A stretch of 64,000 bases of DNA from Neocallimastix sp. 'constans' (lineage: Eukaryota): assembly GCA_050613775.1 (NCBI GenBank), contig JBODTK010000130.1:62001-126000 (forward strand), read 5' to 3'. The notes under the pieces are model-generated. The model was not told the DNA's origin. It was given only the letters and a program-made list of their open reading frames with translations, and did no database searches. The translations under genes and the position numbers were made by a program. Positions 46,107-60,930 of the stretch are shown here, piece by piece (position 1 is the first letter of the stretch; each line of letters begins with the position of its first letter).

Positions 46107-46401
46107 CAAAATTTTAATTATGAACTTTTAATATAGAATTTAATAATATTTAGACAATAATTATTACACTTCAATGGAAATTTTAAATCATAAACATAAA
46201 TATTCATAATATTATTATGTATTTTAATATATTTTTAATTATTAAATTTTATTAACCCTAAAAAATTTAATTCATAATTATATTTTATATTTATATAATA
46301 TAATAATAAAATAATAATAAATTTTATTTTTATCTTATCTATAGTTTTTTATTATAAATATTTCATTAATCATATATATATATATATATTTACCAAAAAA
46401 A

Positions 46402-46435
<34 letters not shown>

Positions 46436-46567
46436 TGATATATAAATTGAATTTTTTTTTTTAAAAAATATTATAATGATAAAATTAAAATACATTATTT
46501 ATGTTTGTTTGCTTGTTCGTTTATTTTCATGTTTTTATTTATTTATTTATTTATTTTCATTTTTTTT

Positions 46568-47218
46568 TTACTCATTAATACGTTTAATAGTTATTATTTC
46601 AATTTTACATGGCTTAATTGATATTTCTTTCCACTTCTTATTTAATTTATCTAATTTATTTTCAATATTTGTTTGAAAATTTTTAGCATTAAATGAATAT
46701 TTAATGGTTTTACTTTTTTCATTATCTGAATTAATTCCTTGTAGTAATATATGTTCCCATTTTTTACTTAATTTATTTATTGAATCCTTAATTTCTTTAA
46801 AATTATTTTTATCTAATGTAAATATCTTTTTATTGCCACTAACTTTTTTTGCTACAATTTGAAATTTTAGACCTTTAATATTTTTTCTTCTTTGTTGGTC
46901 TATGTCAGTATGTGCTGCTTCCCATGTTATGGCTCTACATTTATAATAATAATCTTCTTCAGACATGTTCAGTTCTTTTTCTGGATAAACTGGTTGAATT
47001 GTTCTTTTGAATAATTCACATTCAACTGATTGAAATTCCAAGTCTTCCATAACATAATATTCAGGTATATTTGTATCTAAAATATCAACCCATTTCCCTT
47101 TAGATGAATTCAAATATTTCTTTACAAAAAGTACAGCAAAAGCTTCAGGAGTTTCAGCATATTTTTTATATTTTTCTACTAATTCATCATTTTTAGTTTT
47201 ATTATGTTTATTTGACAT
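46568..47218 (-). CDS. Intronless hypothetical protein, paralog 2 of 3
   Basis: 216-aa ORF sharing YAETPEAFAVLFVKK, WVDIL, VECELFKR and CRAITW..AHTDI.QQR with its neighbours. Confidence 0.87.
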   Translation of the reverse strand: MSNKHNKTKNDELVEKYKKYAETPEAFAVLFVKKYLNSSKGKWVDILDTNIPEYYVMEDLEFQSVECELFKRTIQPVYPEKELNMSEEDYYYKCRAITWEAAHTDIDQQRRKNIKGLKFQIVAKKVSGNKKIFTLDKNNFKEIKDSINKLSKKWEHILLQGINSDNEKSKTIKYSFNAKNFQTNIENKLDKLNKKWKEISIKPCKIEIITIKRINE

Positions 47219-47977
47219 TTTTTGAAATAATTATAAATATGTTGCTTAATATAGGGAAAAAAAAAAAACAATAACAAAATAAGATAAGTAAAAAAAAATA
47301 ATTTCGAAAATTTTGAAAAAAATTTTTTGATCTTTTTATAATAAATTAAATAGACATTGAATATTTTAATTTTTTGGACATTAAATTTTTATTTATTTAT
47401 TTATTTTTTTTTTTTTTTTTTTTTTTTTTTGCATTGGACAAAAATAAATATTTTTTTTAACATATAGTATTTATTTGTAAATTTCTAGATCTTTTATTCA
47501 TTATAAATGGAGTTAACCTTCATAATTTTTCTAAAAATAATACATCAAAAAATAGATCCAATGTATAAATAAAGTTTCAATGAGTTATACAGAAGATATA
47601 TTAAATGTTTAGCTAAATATATTAAAAAAAAAAAAATAAAACAACTACACTTTAATATATTAATATTTTTAATAATAAATAAATTTCAACAACTACTAGT
47701 AAAATAAAAATTATAAATATCAATATATAATTATCATAAACAATTATAATTATACAATATATATTAATTATCATTTTACAATAAAAAATTTTTTTTTTTT
47801 ACTATTGCATAAATGTAATTACAATAATTGTATTTTAAGGCCAATAAAAATTTTAATAAGACATAAGAAAACTTAATTTGTAAATATTTTATTGTTTTAA
47901 GAAAAAAAGAATAGCAATATCAATAATTATCACTGTGATAAAATATATTCAAGCTAATTCAATAAGAAAAGACAACT

Positions 47978-48012
<35 letters not shown>

Positions 48013-48776
48013 AGAAATAATCATAATTTTTTTTTTTTTTTTTAAATTTATATTTTTTTATAGTATCATAAAGCTTCTTAAATAATATTTATTATAGTTA
48101 TATATAAATTTCTAAAAAAAAAAAATAAATAAAATAAACATAAAAATAAAAATAAAAATAAGTATAAAATAAAATAATAAAAATTATTATAATAATAGAT
48201 AGCAAAAATATTTTTAAAATTAATTTAATAAAGTTTATGTCTATGTCTATGTATATAAATTTTCAGATAGGTCAATTGTTTATTAATATTCTATTATTTT
48301 AAAATATGTAATACAATAAAATTTTTTTATTTTTTTTCTATTGAAATTGAGATAAAATTTTAATTAATTTTATTGGACATAACTATAGGATTATTTTTAA
48401 TATCAAATTTGAATTTTATATTAAAATTATAGTATAAAAAAAAAAAAAAAATTATCCTTTTCATTTCATTGTCGATTAACAAAAAAAAAAAAAAAAAATT
48501 ATTATTTTTCAAAATTTGTTTTATTTATGAAAAAAATAAAATATGTAATATATAAACTAAGTTAAAATAAAGTAAAATATATATATATATATATATTTAA
48601 AGAATATTTATTTATTATTTATATAAATTTTATTTATTTATTATTTTTAAATTTTTAGATTTATACATATATCAAAATAATAATAATACAAAATATAATT
48701 ATTTTTAATTTTATGTATTTTAAAGAATATATTGATAGAAATAAAAGTTCATATAATTATATAATTTAAATATTTA

Positions 48777-48807
<31 letters not shown>

Positions 48808-49443
48808 TTAATTAAGACGTTTGACGCTTGTAATTTCAATTTTACATGAATCAATGCATACCTTTTCATACGTTTCGTATAAATCATTTAATCCATCGTG
48901 AATCATATTTTTAAAATTCTTATTATTGCATGAATATTTATAGGAATCATCATCGTATTCTCCATATGAATCAATTCCCTGTAATAATACATAATCCCAT
49001 TCATCATCTCTTAAATCATTTATTGTTTTTTTAATTTTTTTAAAATTTCTTCTACTTAACGTATATATCTTTTCATCACCATAAACTTTTTTCCCCGAAA
49101 TTCTAAATTTTAATCCTTTCACTCCTCTTCTTCGTTGTTGTGCTATATCAGTATGTGCAGTATTCCAAGTTATTGCTCTACATATATTGTAATAATCCTC
49201 ATCAGACATATATGAACTTTTTTTCGGATAAACAGGATGAATTTTTCTTTTGAATAATTCGCATTCTACAGATTGAAATTCTAGGTCATCCATATACCAG
49301 TCCCCAGGTACGTTGGTATTTAAAATATCAACCCAATTCCCTTTTGATGCATTTAAATGTTTTTTTACAAAAAGTACAGCATATGCCTCCTCAGTTTCAG
49401 CATATTCTTTATATTTTTCTATTAATTCATTTCCTTTAAGCAT
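48808..49443 (-). CDS. Intronless hypothetical protein, paralog 3 of 3 (most diverged)
   Basis: 211-aa ORF with the same motif set; more acidic C-terminal half. Confidence 0.87.
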   Translation of the reverse strand: MLKGNELIEKYKEYAETEEAYAVLFVKKHLNASKGNWVDILNTNVPGDWYMDDLEFQSVECELFKRKIHPVYPKKSSYMSDEDYYNICRAITWNTAHTDIAQQRRRGVKGLKFRISGKKVYGDEKIYTLSRRNFKKIKKTINDLRDDEWDYVLLQGIDSYGEYDDDSYKYSCNNKNFKNMIHDGLNDLYETYEKVCIDSCKIEITSVKRLN

Positions 49444-49659
49444 TTTAAAAAAATTTTTTTAAATAAACTATTTTTTTTTTTTTTTTTCTTTTAATAAAAT
49501 TTCAATAATTGAAATTAACTAAATACATATAAGAAAATATTATATTTAATTATTGTTTTAATATTTAATAAATAAATAAAAATAAAAAATAAAAAAAAAA
49601 TAAAAAAAAAAAAAAAAATCTTTAGTTATTTTATATGAAGTTTAATAAATAAACTTTTT

Positions 49660-49712
<53 letters not shown>

Positions 49713-50589
49713 CGTCTTTAGTATTAATTTATTATTTAAATTGGTCATAAAGGAATGGTCTAAAAAAAAAAATTTTAATTGATTTGATAAAATTAATAAA
49801 TTTATATTAATGTTAATTATATATATATATATATATATTTAATATATTAAGAAAGGAAATTAATATGGCAGTTACACGAATAATACACCAAAAGTATGGA
49901 CATAAAGTCATCATAATCAAATAATATAATTATTCATAGACTATAAAATAATATTTTAAATAATCAATCACAATACAGCCTATTTTAAAAGGACTGTATA
50001 ATTATATATTATTTTCATGTTATATAACTTAAATTTTATATATGAAAGTATATTTATTAATATATAATAACAATACTTATTTATTTATTCATTTATTTAT
50101 TCATTTATTCATTTAATTTTTTTAAAAAATAAATAAAAAAAAATTTAAAATATCTATTTATCTATTATTTAGAATATTTTAAAATGACCATAATATAGAT
50201 GTTATAATTATAATATTATAAAATAAATTAATAATGAACTTCCATATTATATAGTTAACCTATTTCTTTCTGTTTTACTTTAATTTCTTTCATATAAAAA
50301 TTTCCCATATATATTTATTTATATATATATATATTTTTATTTCTTATCATTATTTTTTTTTTAAACAATAAATAAACTTTTATTAAATAATATTTATTAA
50401 AAAATAAAATAAAATAAAATAAAATAAAATAAAATAAAATAAAAAATAAAATAAAATAAAAAATAAAATAAAATAAAAAATAAAATAAAATAAAAAATAA
50501 AATAAAATAAAATTAAAAATACATGAATTTTTTTTTTTTACATTAATATTAAAATACTACGTTATGACTTTCAAGGACGAAATGGCTTC

Positions 50590-51229
50590 TCACTCTTCCC
50601 ATTCATCAATATATATAGAACCTTCTCTATATTATTAAAATATTAATTCATTTTAATTTTATAATAAATTTATTATTATATTAATATTAAAATATTTATT
50701 TATTTGTATTTAATAATATTATATTATGATTATTATCTTATAATTAATGTATTTATTTATTTATTTATTTAGTTAGTTATTTTATTATTCTATTAATTAT
50801 TATATTATGATAGTTACTTATTTAGAAATATTCTATTATATTATTTATTTACTATTTAAATAAATATTTAATACAATATATAATTATTTAATAACTAAAT
50901 TTTTTAAAAAAAAAAAAAAATTCTAATAATAATAATAATAAAATTAAAAATAAAATAAAAAAAAAAATTAAAATAAAAATAAATAAATAATAGAAAATTA
51001 ATAAATAAATATATATATATATAATAAATAAAATAAAAAAAATAGTAAAATATTAATAAATATTGTTTTGTCACTATTGTTGTTATCGTATTATCTAATA
51101 AATTAGTACAAAAAAAGGAAAAAAAAAATTACCTATAAAATTTTCTTAAGAACCAAAAAGTAATAAAGAAACCAATAGTACCTATTAATAAATATATTAA
51201 TAATTGATTAATTAAATAATAATATAATA

Positions 51230-51266
<37 letters not shown>

Positions 51267-51406
51267 AAATAAAAAAAAGAAAAAAAAGAAAAAAAAATTC
51301 CATAATATTTTTTTATTATCAATATGGTTTAACAAAATAATAAGTAATAACAATAATAATAAAAACCTGAAGTAATAAAGATGAAAGCATAGATATTGAA
51401 AATATT
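50590..51406 (-). pseudogene. Orphan 3' exons resembling the last transmembrane segment of a nonaspanin (TM9SF/EMP70)
   Basis: Segments ~51406-51367, 51181-51133 and 50626-50590 splice (GT-AG) to NIFNIYAFIFITSG|TIGFFITFWFLRKFYR|EGSIYIDEWEE*, similar to the TM9SF end GTIGFFACFWFVRKIY. An in-frame stop lies upstream and I found no upstream exons. Confidence 0.45.
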
Positions 51407-51835
51407 TTAAATTACAACAATTGTGATTTTTTTTTTTTTTTTTTTTGTAAACAAATATATATAATATTGTTAAAAAGAAAGCACTTTTTTTTCCTCAATT
51501 ATTACTTTACCATTATTAATATAAAATATATGTTTAAATGTTTAAATAATTTAAATAAATATAAATAAAAATATTAGTAACTTAAAATTCTAAATTTATA
51601 TAAAAATAATAATCCTTAATTATTGTAATATTTTAATAGTGCAATAATAAAAATTATATTATATTATATATTAAATTATGTCGGTAATTACTAAAATTAA
51701 AACAATAATATTTAATTCTATAATTTATTGGTTTATTCGCTTAATTATTTATAACAATCCATTCTAAGGAAATTCAACATTATTAAAAATGAAAAAGATT
51801 AATAAAAAGAAGAAAACAAAAATCAAAACAAAAAA

Positions 51836-51879
<44 letters not shown>

Positions 51880-52460
51880 AAATTAAAAAAAATCTAAAAT
51901 GTTTTTATTTTTATTCATTAAATTACAAAATATTTTTTATAAAGATTTATAATATTACTTTTTTTAACATTATACATTATTACTATTTAACAAAGCAAAT
52001 ATTTATCAATTATTCTCTTTTTTTTTTCCTTATTTATATATAAACTTTATAAATTATATATTATAAATTACTAAAATGAAAAAAACAATAATGTAAAAAA
52101 TTTTATTTTATACATAAATTCAATTTAAAATTACTATAGCAAACTTCGTTATAACGTTTTTACTTTATTAAAAGAAAAAATTTCAAAAAATGTTTGTTTA
52201 AAAAATAACTACAAGTATTATATCAAATATTATAAATTTATTATAAATTTATTAATTTTTATTAATTGTAATAAATTGAAAATTGTTATGAATAAATAAA
52301 TAAATAAATTAAAATATTACTAATATTGATGTATTTATATTTTTAAAAGTAAATATTTAAATATTAAAAAAAAAATAATATTAAAAATAATATTAAAATA
52401 ATATTGATTATTAAATAAATATTATAAATTTATTTTTATAGTTAAATATTACAAATAATA

Positions 52461-52542
52461 GGGAGAATTGCATTTAGTTAAGTGGCGTATTGGTAAAATA
52501 TTGCATTTTAATAATACAGTATTTGATGAAATGCAACTCCTC
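52461..52542. mobile_element. Very short MITE-like remnant related to the 32424-32623 element
   Basis: GGGAGAATTGCATTT...AAATGCAACTCCTC inverted ends; internal AATACAGTATTTGATGAAATGCAAC resembles AATACTGTACTTGGCGAAATGCAAC at ~32563. No clear TSD. Confidence 0.55.
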
Positions 52543-55500
52543 TTATATAATTAGGGTTAGAGTATATTTAATTAAATATGAATTTCCAAATGTGGCGTAA
52601 ATATATTAATATATATAGCCATACATTGTTAAGATATTCTATACAATCATAAATATATATATATATAAATAATTATTATTTTAAAAGAAATAATAATATA
52701 TTTTTTCAATTAAATATATTATTAAATAACTATTTCGAAAGAAATAATAATATTCTATTAAAAAATAATTATAAAAAATTATTTTTATAATTGAATATTA
52801 ATAAATTATATATATATAAAAAAGAATATTTATTATTTATTAAGTTTTCATATTTACTATTCATTAATTTAAAAATAAAAACCTTTTGGAAAAAAAAAAA
52901 AAAAAAAAAAAAAAAATTATATAACTTATTATTGCTATATTTATTAATTAGCATTTAATATTAATTAAAGAAATCTATATGATATTTGTATTATATATAA
53001 GTTTAACTTTTTGGTATTACTAATTTTCATTATAACAAAAAAGTTTTATAAAACTTTTATATTTATTTTTATGACATTTTATATAAAAATATTAAATTAT
53101 AAAATTTGTAATAAAGAAGTATACTTTCAAATTTATATATTTTAAATTATAATAAATACTTTAATTTTATATGTTATTTAATTTTTCATTTAAGTTCATT
53201 GGAAAAAAATAAAATTATACTCAATAAAAAAAATATTAATAATTGTAAAGGAATTCTTTTTTTTGATTATTTTATTTATTTTAAAAATTTTATATATTCT
53301 AATTTAAATATTCATTATATACTAAAATATGAAAAACATGCAAATTAACATATAACAGATGCGTTTGTAAATTATTTTTGAAAATCATTTTTATTTAATA
53401 GAAAATATATATATATATAAATTTTTTTATATTTATAGGCTCCATTTATTAATTTACTAATTATATATTCTATTATAATTATATTTCTGAAATGTTAATT
53501 CTAACCTATATAATGATAAAAAATTTAACAATTATTACTGATTAACTGATTAATAAATTAGTATTAATATTAATTATTAATTATTAATTATTAATATTAT
53601 ATATTATTTATTATTTATTATTCAATTATTATTTATTATTTATTATTTCATTATTTCATTAGTAATTATTTTTATATTTATTATTTCATTATTCAATTAT
53701 TATTTATTATTTATCATTCAATTATTTTTATATTTATTATTTATTATTTAATTATTTATTATTTAATTATTCAATTATTTATTATTTATTATTTATTTAT
53801 TTATTTATTTATTTATTATTTATTTATTTATTATATATTTATTATTTCATTATTTATTCAATTATTATTTTTATAGTATTACAACAACCAATGTAATTAA
53901 ATAGTATAAAAGCGTTGAATTTATATATTATATAGAATATATTGATTATATATTATAATATATTGAAATATACCATGAATATAATTATCTTAATTTAATT
54001 TAGTTAAAATTTAATAATTTTTTAATTTTTTTTTCCTATTCTGTTACTCCAAATCAAAAAATATATAATATCATTATATTATTAATATATTAAATTCATT
54101 GAATTGATTCAAATTCCAGTGGTGTTATATTCCTAAAAAGTCAAAAATATTTTATTTGAACAGCTTCAAAATATTAAGTTTTAAAGTTTGCTCATTTAAT
54201 TTGGAGATTATTAATTATAATATATGCCACAAATATATTATAATATAAATAGATCTTTTTGTATTTATTAATCATTTTTAAAATTATATAATTTTTAGTT
54301 TTTATGTTTTTATTTTTATTTTTTTAATTTTATTTTTTATTTTTTATTAACGGACTGCTGTTTGAATATAAAAGAAAATCAAAAAGTAAAGTCCTAAAAT
54401 AAAAAAAAGATTATACGAAAAGAAGACTATGAAGTAGGAATGAAAAGGAAATGACAAGAAAATTACAATTAATATACAAGCAGTTATTGTTAATTAATTA
54501 TTTATTTAATCTTGAAAAAATTTTATTTATACTTTTTTTTTAATTTTTATGTTGGTGTTAAGTCTATTATAAAAAAAATAAATAAAATTTAATATTTAAT
54601 ATTAAATATTATTGATTATTAATTATTTCTAAAAACTATTAATTAGTATATTGTTTTAGTCATTAAAAAATTTATATATTAATTTTATTTTATTTAATTA
54701 TTATAAATTATTATTACTATTATCTTTTTTTTTTTTTTATTTTTTTTTATATCTATTTATATATGTAATGTTTTATTTTATTATCATTTTTTTTTATTAT
54801 TCTCAAGACAGTATTTAATTTATTCAAAAGATTTGTTTTAATAATAAATTATTTATTATTAGTTTTGATTAATTAAATCTTAAACTTAGCCATATTTGTA
54901 TATAACTAAATTATAAATTTTCTTTAAAATATCTTTTATTAAATGAAATAAACTGAAATAAAGAAATAACCTTTATATAATGATAAATTCTAAATTTAAA
55001 AAAAAAAATAAGTAATAAGTATACTTTAATATATATATCTTCAGTATTATCAGTATTATTTTACCTTTTATATAATGAAATTATCTAATAATTTTTTTTT
55101 ATCATTGTTACTTTTATTGAAAAAAAAATACTCGTTAATTTTTTTTTTTTTAGAATATAAAATTTTTAATTATTATTAATATGTTGAATTATTAATCAAA
55201 AAGTATTTATTACTATTTGATATATGTCACAACAAAAAATAATTATTAATTATATTAAATTATAATAATATATATATATAAAAATTAACAATAATAAATA
55301 ATTTTATTTATTAATAAATTAAATTATTTTAATTTTATTAATAATTAAAAATAATAAAATAATATATAAAAAATACAGAATTTAAATGTAATAAATTTTT
55401 AATATTATAAATAAATAAAAATAATATATAAAATTATTTAAACAAAATTAAAAAAATTTTCTTTTTCAGCTTTTTATCCTTAATAACAACAAGAAATAAG

Positions 55501-56759
55501 CATTTATAATTATAAATAAATATTTTATTTATTTATTATAAAATTTTGTTGCTTATCCTGTAAATTTCCTTTTAAAAATCTTATATATCGTTTTTTTTAG
55601 AGAGAATATATATTTATTATATATATATTTTGTTCGTAAATTTATAGAATACATTTTTTTTATTTCTAATATCAATTAAAATAAATAATAGAATAAATAA
55701 AGATTATTTATTTTATTTTTTACTTTTTACTTTTTTTTTTTTTTTTTTTTCATTTTTTGTTTTTTTATCACTAGTTGAAAATATTTTTATCAACGGAGAA
55801 CTTTGTTTATATAACCTTAGAAATAAAATATAAATAATTTTAGTTTTATATATTTAGATACACTAAAGATATATAAGACATATCATTTTTATTTATTTTG
55901 ATTAAAAGGAAATTGATATTATTTGTTTATATTGAAAAAGAAATAATTTATACAAAGTAAGCTTAATTTTATTTTTGTTTTCAGTAAATTTTATTTAATT
56001 TTTAATTTTGAAATAAACAATAAAATAAAATAAAATATAAATAAATATATATATTATAAATAATCAATAGAATAAATATATATAAACATTAAAATATTAA
56101 AAAACAAAAATCGAACATAGATATTTAATATCGAAGAGGCATTAATGAAATGTTTATTTAGATAAATTTATGCCTTTTTTATTAATAGAAAATCAATTTT
56201 TTTTTTTTATTAGTGTTTGGTAAAGACAATATATACTATAAAATATAAACATTTTTCAAATTTATTATTTCGAAAATAAATTGAAAATTTTAATTTTAAA
56301 AATAAATAGAAAAATAAACAAATAGTTGGTAATTATTATTAAACCTTTAAATAAATAAACAATTTGAAGAGTATATCAATATAAAATTAATGCTTACAAT
56401 ACAAAAAAAAAAAATAATTTAAATAATTAATTATAAAAACATTTTAAAATTAAATAATAATACAAAAACAATAATAATTGATTTATATAAATAATATTTT
56501 TATTAAATATTTATATTTTATATTTAATAATAATGATAATAATAAATTTGAATTTAAAATCAATAAAATTATTTCGGGTATCATTTGTATTTTTTATTGT
56601 TTACATATAATAAAATAAGTTTCTAAACGGAATTGAATAAATTAAATACTATAAATTTATTAAAATAATTAAAATAATATATGATTTTCAAAATGAATTG
56701 AAATATAAGGAGTAAATAATAATAATAATTTTATATATGTTATTTTTGTATTAGTCAAA

Positions 56760-56920
56760 ATGGCTTCAAGACGTCCAGCTTCAGCTGATACTGGTAATAA
56801 TATTCGTGTAGTATGTCGTTTCAGACCACAAAATGCAAGAGAAATTAAGGAAGGTGGTGTTAACTGTGTTAAGATTCATGAAGATGGTCAAACTGTTTCT
56901 CTAGAAGTATGTTTTGTTTA

Positions 56921-56989
<69 letters not shown>

Positions 56990-58841
56990 TAATTTTTAAT
57001 AATATATCTTAATTTATTTGTACTAATGAAATTATTTTATTTATTGTAATTTTTAATATTATATATTATTATTTTAATTGTTATTTTTATTTATTATTTA
57101 TTTATTTATTTTTTTTTTAATATATTTTTAATATTTTTCATATTTTTTATTGTATATATTTTAAATTATTTGTGTAATGAAAAAAAAAAAAAAAATATAA
57201 AATAAAATTATGGGATTATAGAGTAAGGATTACCCAGGTACTTTTACTTTTGATAAGATTTTTGATTGGAATTGTACTCAAAAGGAATGTTTCGAATATA
57301 CTGCTCTTCCAATTGTTGGAGGTAAAATTTATTTGTTAATTTTTTTTTTTTTTTGATTTTATACATTTCAAATAATTATTGAGTAAATAAATTAGTAATA
57401 TTAACGTTAAAAATATAATATATATATATATATATTTAATAATTTATAATTTTATAAATATTTTTATAATATTTGATAAATTAATGAATAATAGATGTTA
57501 TGAGAGGTTATAATGGAACAGTATGTTATCATTTAATATATATATTAGAAAATAAATATATATACATATAAATGAAAAAACAAACTGTAAAAATATATAT
57601 ATATATATATATATTTTATTTTATTTTAACTTGATGTAAATAACTAATTAATCTATTATTTTATAAAAGATTTTTGCATATGGTCAAACTGGTAGTGGTA
57701 AGACTTTCTCTATGATGGTTAGTATATTAAAAAAATTAATCAGAAAAAAAAAAATTAAGTTATAATTATTGTAATTGAAATAAAGATAATAAAGTAGTTC
57801 CTAATGTTCCTATTGTTAATTTTATATAGGGTTCTGATATTGATAGTGATGAATATAAGGGTGTTATTCCACGTATTATTGAAGCTATATTTACTACTAT
57901 TATGGATGCTCCTTCTACAATCGAATTTACTGTAAAAGTTTCATTTATGGAAATTTATATGGAAAGAATTAGAGATTTATTAAATCGTAAGAAAATATTA
58001 AATATTATAAAATATTAAATATTATAATTAATTATATAATTTTATCGAAATTTAGTTTAAGGATTATTATTTTATATGCATTATGTATTTTAACAATTTT
58101 CTTGAATATTAATATATATATTAATATTATGATTTTATATTATATTTATAATTTTAATTATTATTTTAATATTTTAATATTTTAATAGCATCCAATGATA
58201 ATTTACCAATTCATGAAGAAAAGAATCGTGGTGTTTATGTTAAAGGTTTATTGGAGGTTTATGTTAGTTCTGTTCAAGAAGTTATGGAAGTTATGAGACG
58301 AGGAACAGCTTCAAGAGTTGTAGCCTTCACTAGTAAATATATATATATAAATATATATTCATTAATTATCAAATAATATATAGTTTAATGAAAAATATAT
58401 ATATTTGAGATTAAATTAAATTATTTTTTTATTCTTTTTTTTTTTTTTTTTTTTTTTTTGTATTAATATTTAATATTTATTATTTTTATTAATATTTTAG
58501 ATATGAATGCTGAAAGTTCAAGATCACACTCTATCTTTGTAGTTACTGTTAACCAAAAGGATTTAACTAATGGTACTCAAAAAAGTGGTAAAATTTACTT
58601 AGTTGATTTAGCTGGTTCTGAAAAGGTTGGTAAAACTGGGGCAACTGGTCAAACTTTAGAAGAAGCTAAGAAGATTAATAAATCACTCTCTGCTCTTGGT
58701 ATGGTTATTAACGCTTTAACTGATGGAAAGGTATATAAATAAGTAATAAGAAATATTAATAATTTAAATAAATTATTAGTAAAAATAATATTTATATTTA
58801 TTATTATAAAATTGTATTAGTAATAATAATAATAATAATAA

Positions 58842-58872
<31 letters not shown>

Positions 58873-60652
58873 TACAATTATCATTATTATAAAGTATGGG
58901 ATAATAAGAATAATTATTGTTATTTTATTAATTATTAGTTATTAATTGTTAGTATATTAATTATTAATTGATTCTAATGTTATAATTAATACAATTAAAA
59001 TTTTTAGTCATCCCATATTCCATATCGTGATAGTAAACTTACTCGTATTTTACAAGAATCTCTTGGTGGTAACTCAAGGACAACCTTAATTATTAATTGT
59101 TCTCCATCTTCATTTAACGATACAGAAACTTTATCTACTTTAAGATTCGGTATAAGAGCTAAAACTATTAAGAATAAGGCTAAGATTAATCAAGAATTAA
59201 GTGTTGCTGAACTTAAGGCTCTTTTAACAAAGGTTAAGAAGAAGCTTGCTTCTATGCAAACATACATTGCTGCCTTAGAAGGTGAAATTACCCTTTGGAG
59301 ATCTGGTACTTCAGTTCCAAAAGAACAATATGTTTCATTCCAAAAGACAGGCGCTGGTAAATATATTGATAATGTTCAATCACCAAGTGAAGTTCAATCT
59401 CATGTTGATATACCATCAAGAGCTGCTACTCCAGCCTTACCACCACTTAATGATGATGAACGTGAAGAATTCTTAAAGAGAGAAGGTGAATTGTCTGATC
59501 AATTGACTGAAAAGGAAAAAGAACTTAAGGAAGCTAGAAAGATAGCTGAAGATCTTAAGGAAGAATTAACTTTCTTAAAGGAAAGAGAAAACCAAATGTC
59601 TTCTGTAAATATAGATATATTTATTAATCTATCTAACTATATTTATTTTAATTAAATTTTGGGTTTAATTATTTGTATATAATATTTATGATCATTTAAT
59701 TTTATTAAATTAATATATATATTAATTTATTGATATGTCCATATTTAAATGAATTATATAGGATAATAAGGATATGTCTTCCAAGGTTAATGAATTCAAG
59801 ATTCAATTAGAAAAGATTACATTTGAAAACAAAGAAACTACCATTATGATGGATTCCTTAAAAGAAAGTAATCAAGAACTTTCTAAGGAAGTTGAAGACT
59901 TGAAGGTTTTTTTTTTTTTTTTTATTATTAATAAAACTTTTAATATGAAATATGAAATATAAATGATTAATTAAATTAAAATTATTTTATAATATATATT
60001 CAATTACCTATTAATATGAATTCACTAAATATGCTATTATTTAATTATTGTTATTATTATTATTTTTAGAAACAATTAATTGAAGCTCAATCTACTAGAG
60101 GTGATACTGATTATAACAAGGAAAAATTAAAGATTCAAAAGATATCTAAAATGATGGCTGAATTAGCTCCATCTGTAATTTATATTATGAATTATTTATA
60201 TTATGAATTTATAAAAAAAAAAAAAAAAATTATTATATGATTATCATAATATTATTTATTGATAATAATAAATAATTTAATTTTATATAGAACTTAATTG
60301 ATGAAAAGGAAAAGCAACTTAGAGCAGCTCTTTCTCAATTAGATGGTAAACCACAAGAAGTTACTTTACCAACAACTACTGAAGAAATTGAAAAACAATA
60401 TGAAGAATTAATTGAAGCTAACAAGAAGAATAGCCAACAAGAAAACTTATTAAATGAATTAGTTATTAAATCTACCTTATTAAAGGAAGAAAATTCAGAT
60501 TTAGTTAAGAAGCAACGTGAGATGGAAAACAGAATGAACCAATTAGAATTAGAATATGAAGAATTATTAGGTATAGTATAATAATTAATTAATATATTTA
60601 TTGCGGATATAATATATATTTTTATTATTTCATAAACAAACAAACAAACAAA

Positions 60653-60703
<51 letters not shown>

Positions 60704-60870
60704 ATAGATTGATAAATCAATAAATAATATTAAATAAAATTATTTTGATTATTAATATTATAAAGAAAAAACAATTGCTGAAGATGAAGCAGGTGAAACT
60801 AGAGATGAAAACTTTGTTAAGGAATTAAAGGTAAATAATATTACCTATTTTAATTTTTTTTAAAGAAAAA

Positions 60871-60930
<60 letters not shown>

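Noticed and set aside
54345..54490. Hydrophobic minus-strand reading frame as a possible upstream exon of the TM9SF-like fragment
   Set aside because: No recognisable motif or convincing splice connection; T-rich DNA gives hydrophobic translations by default.
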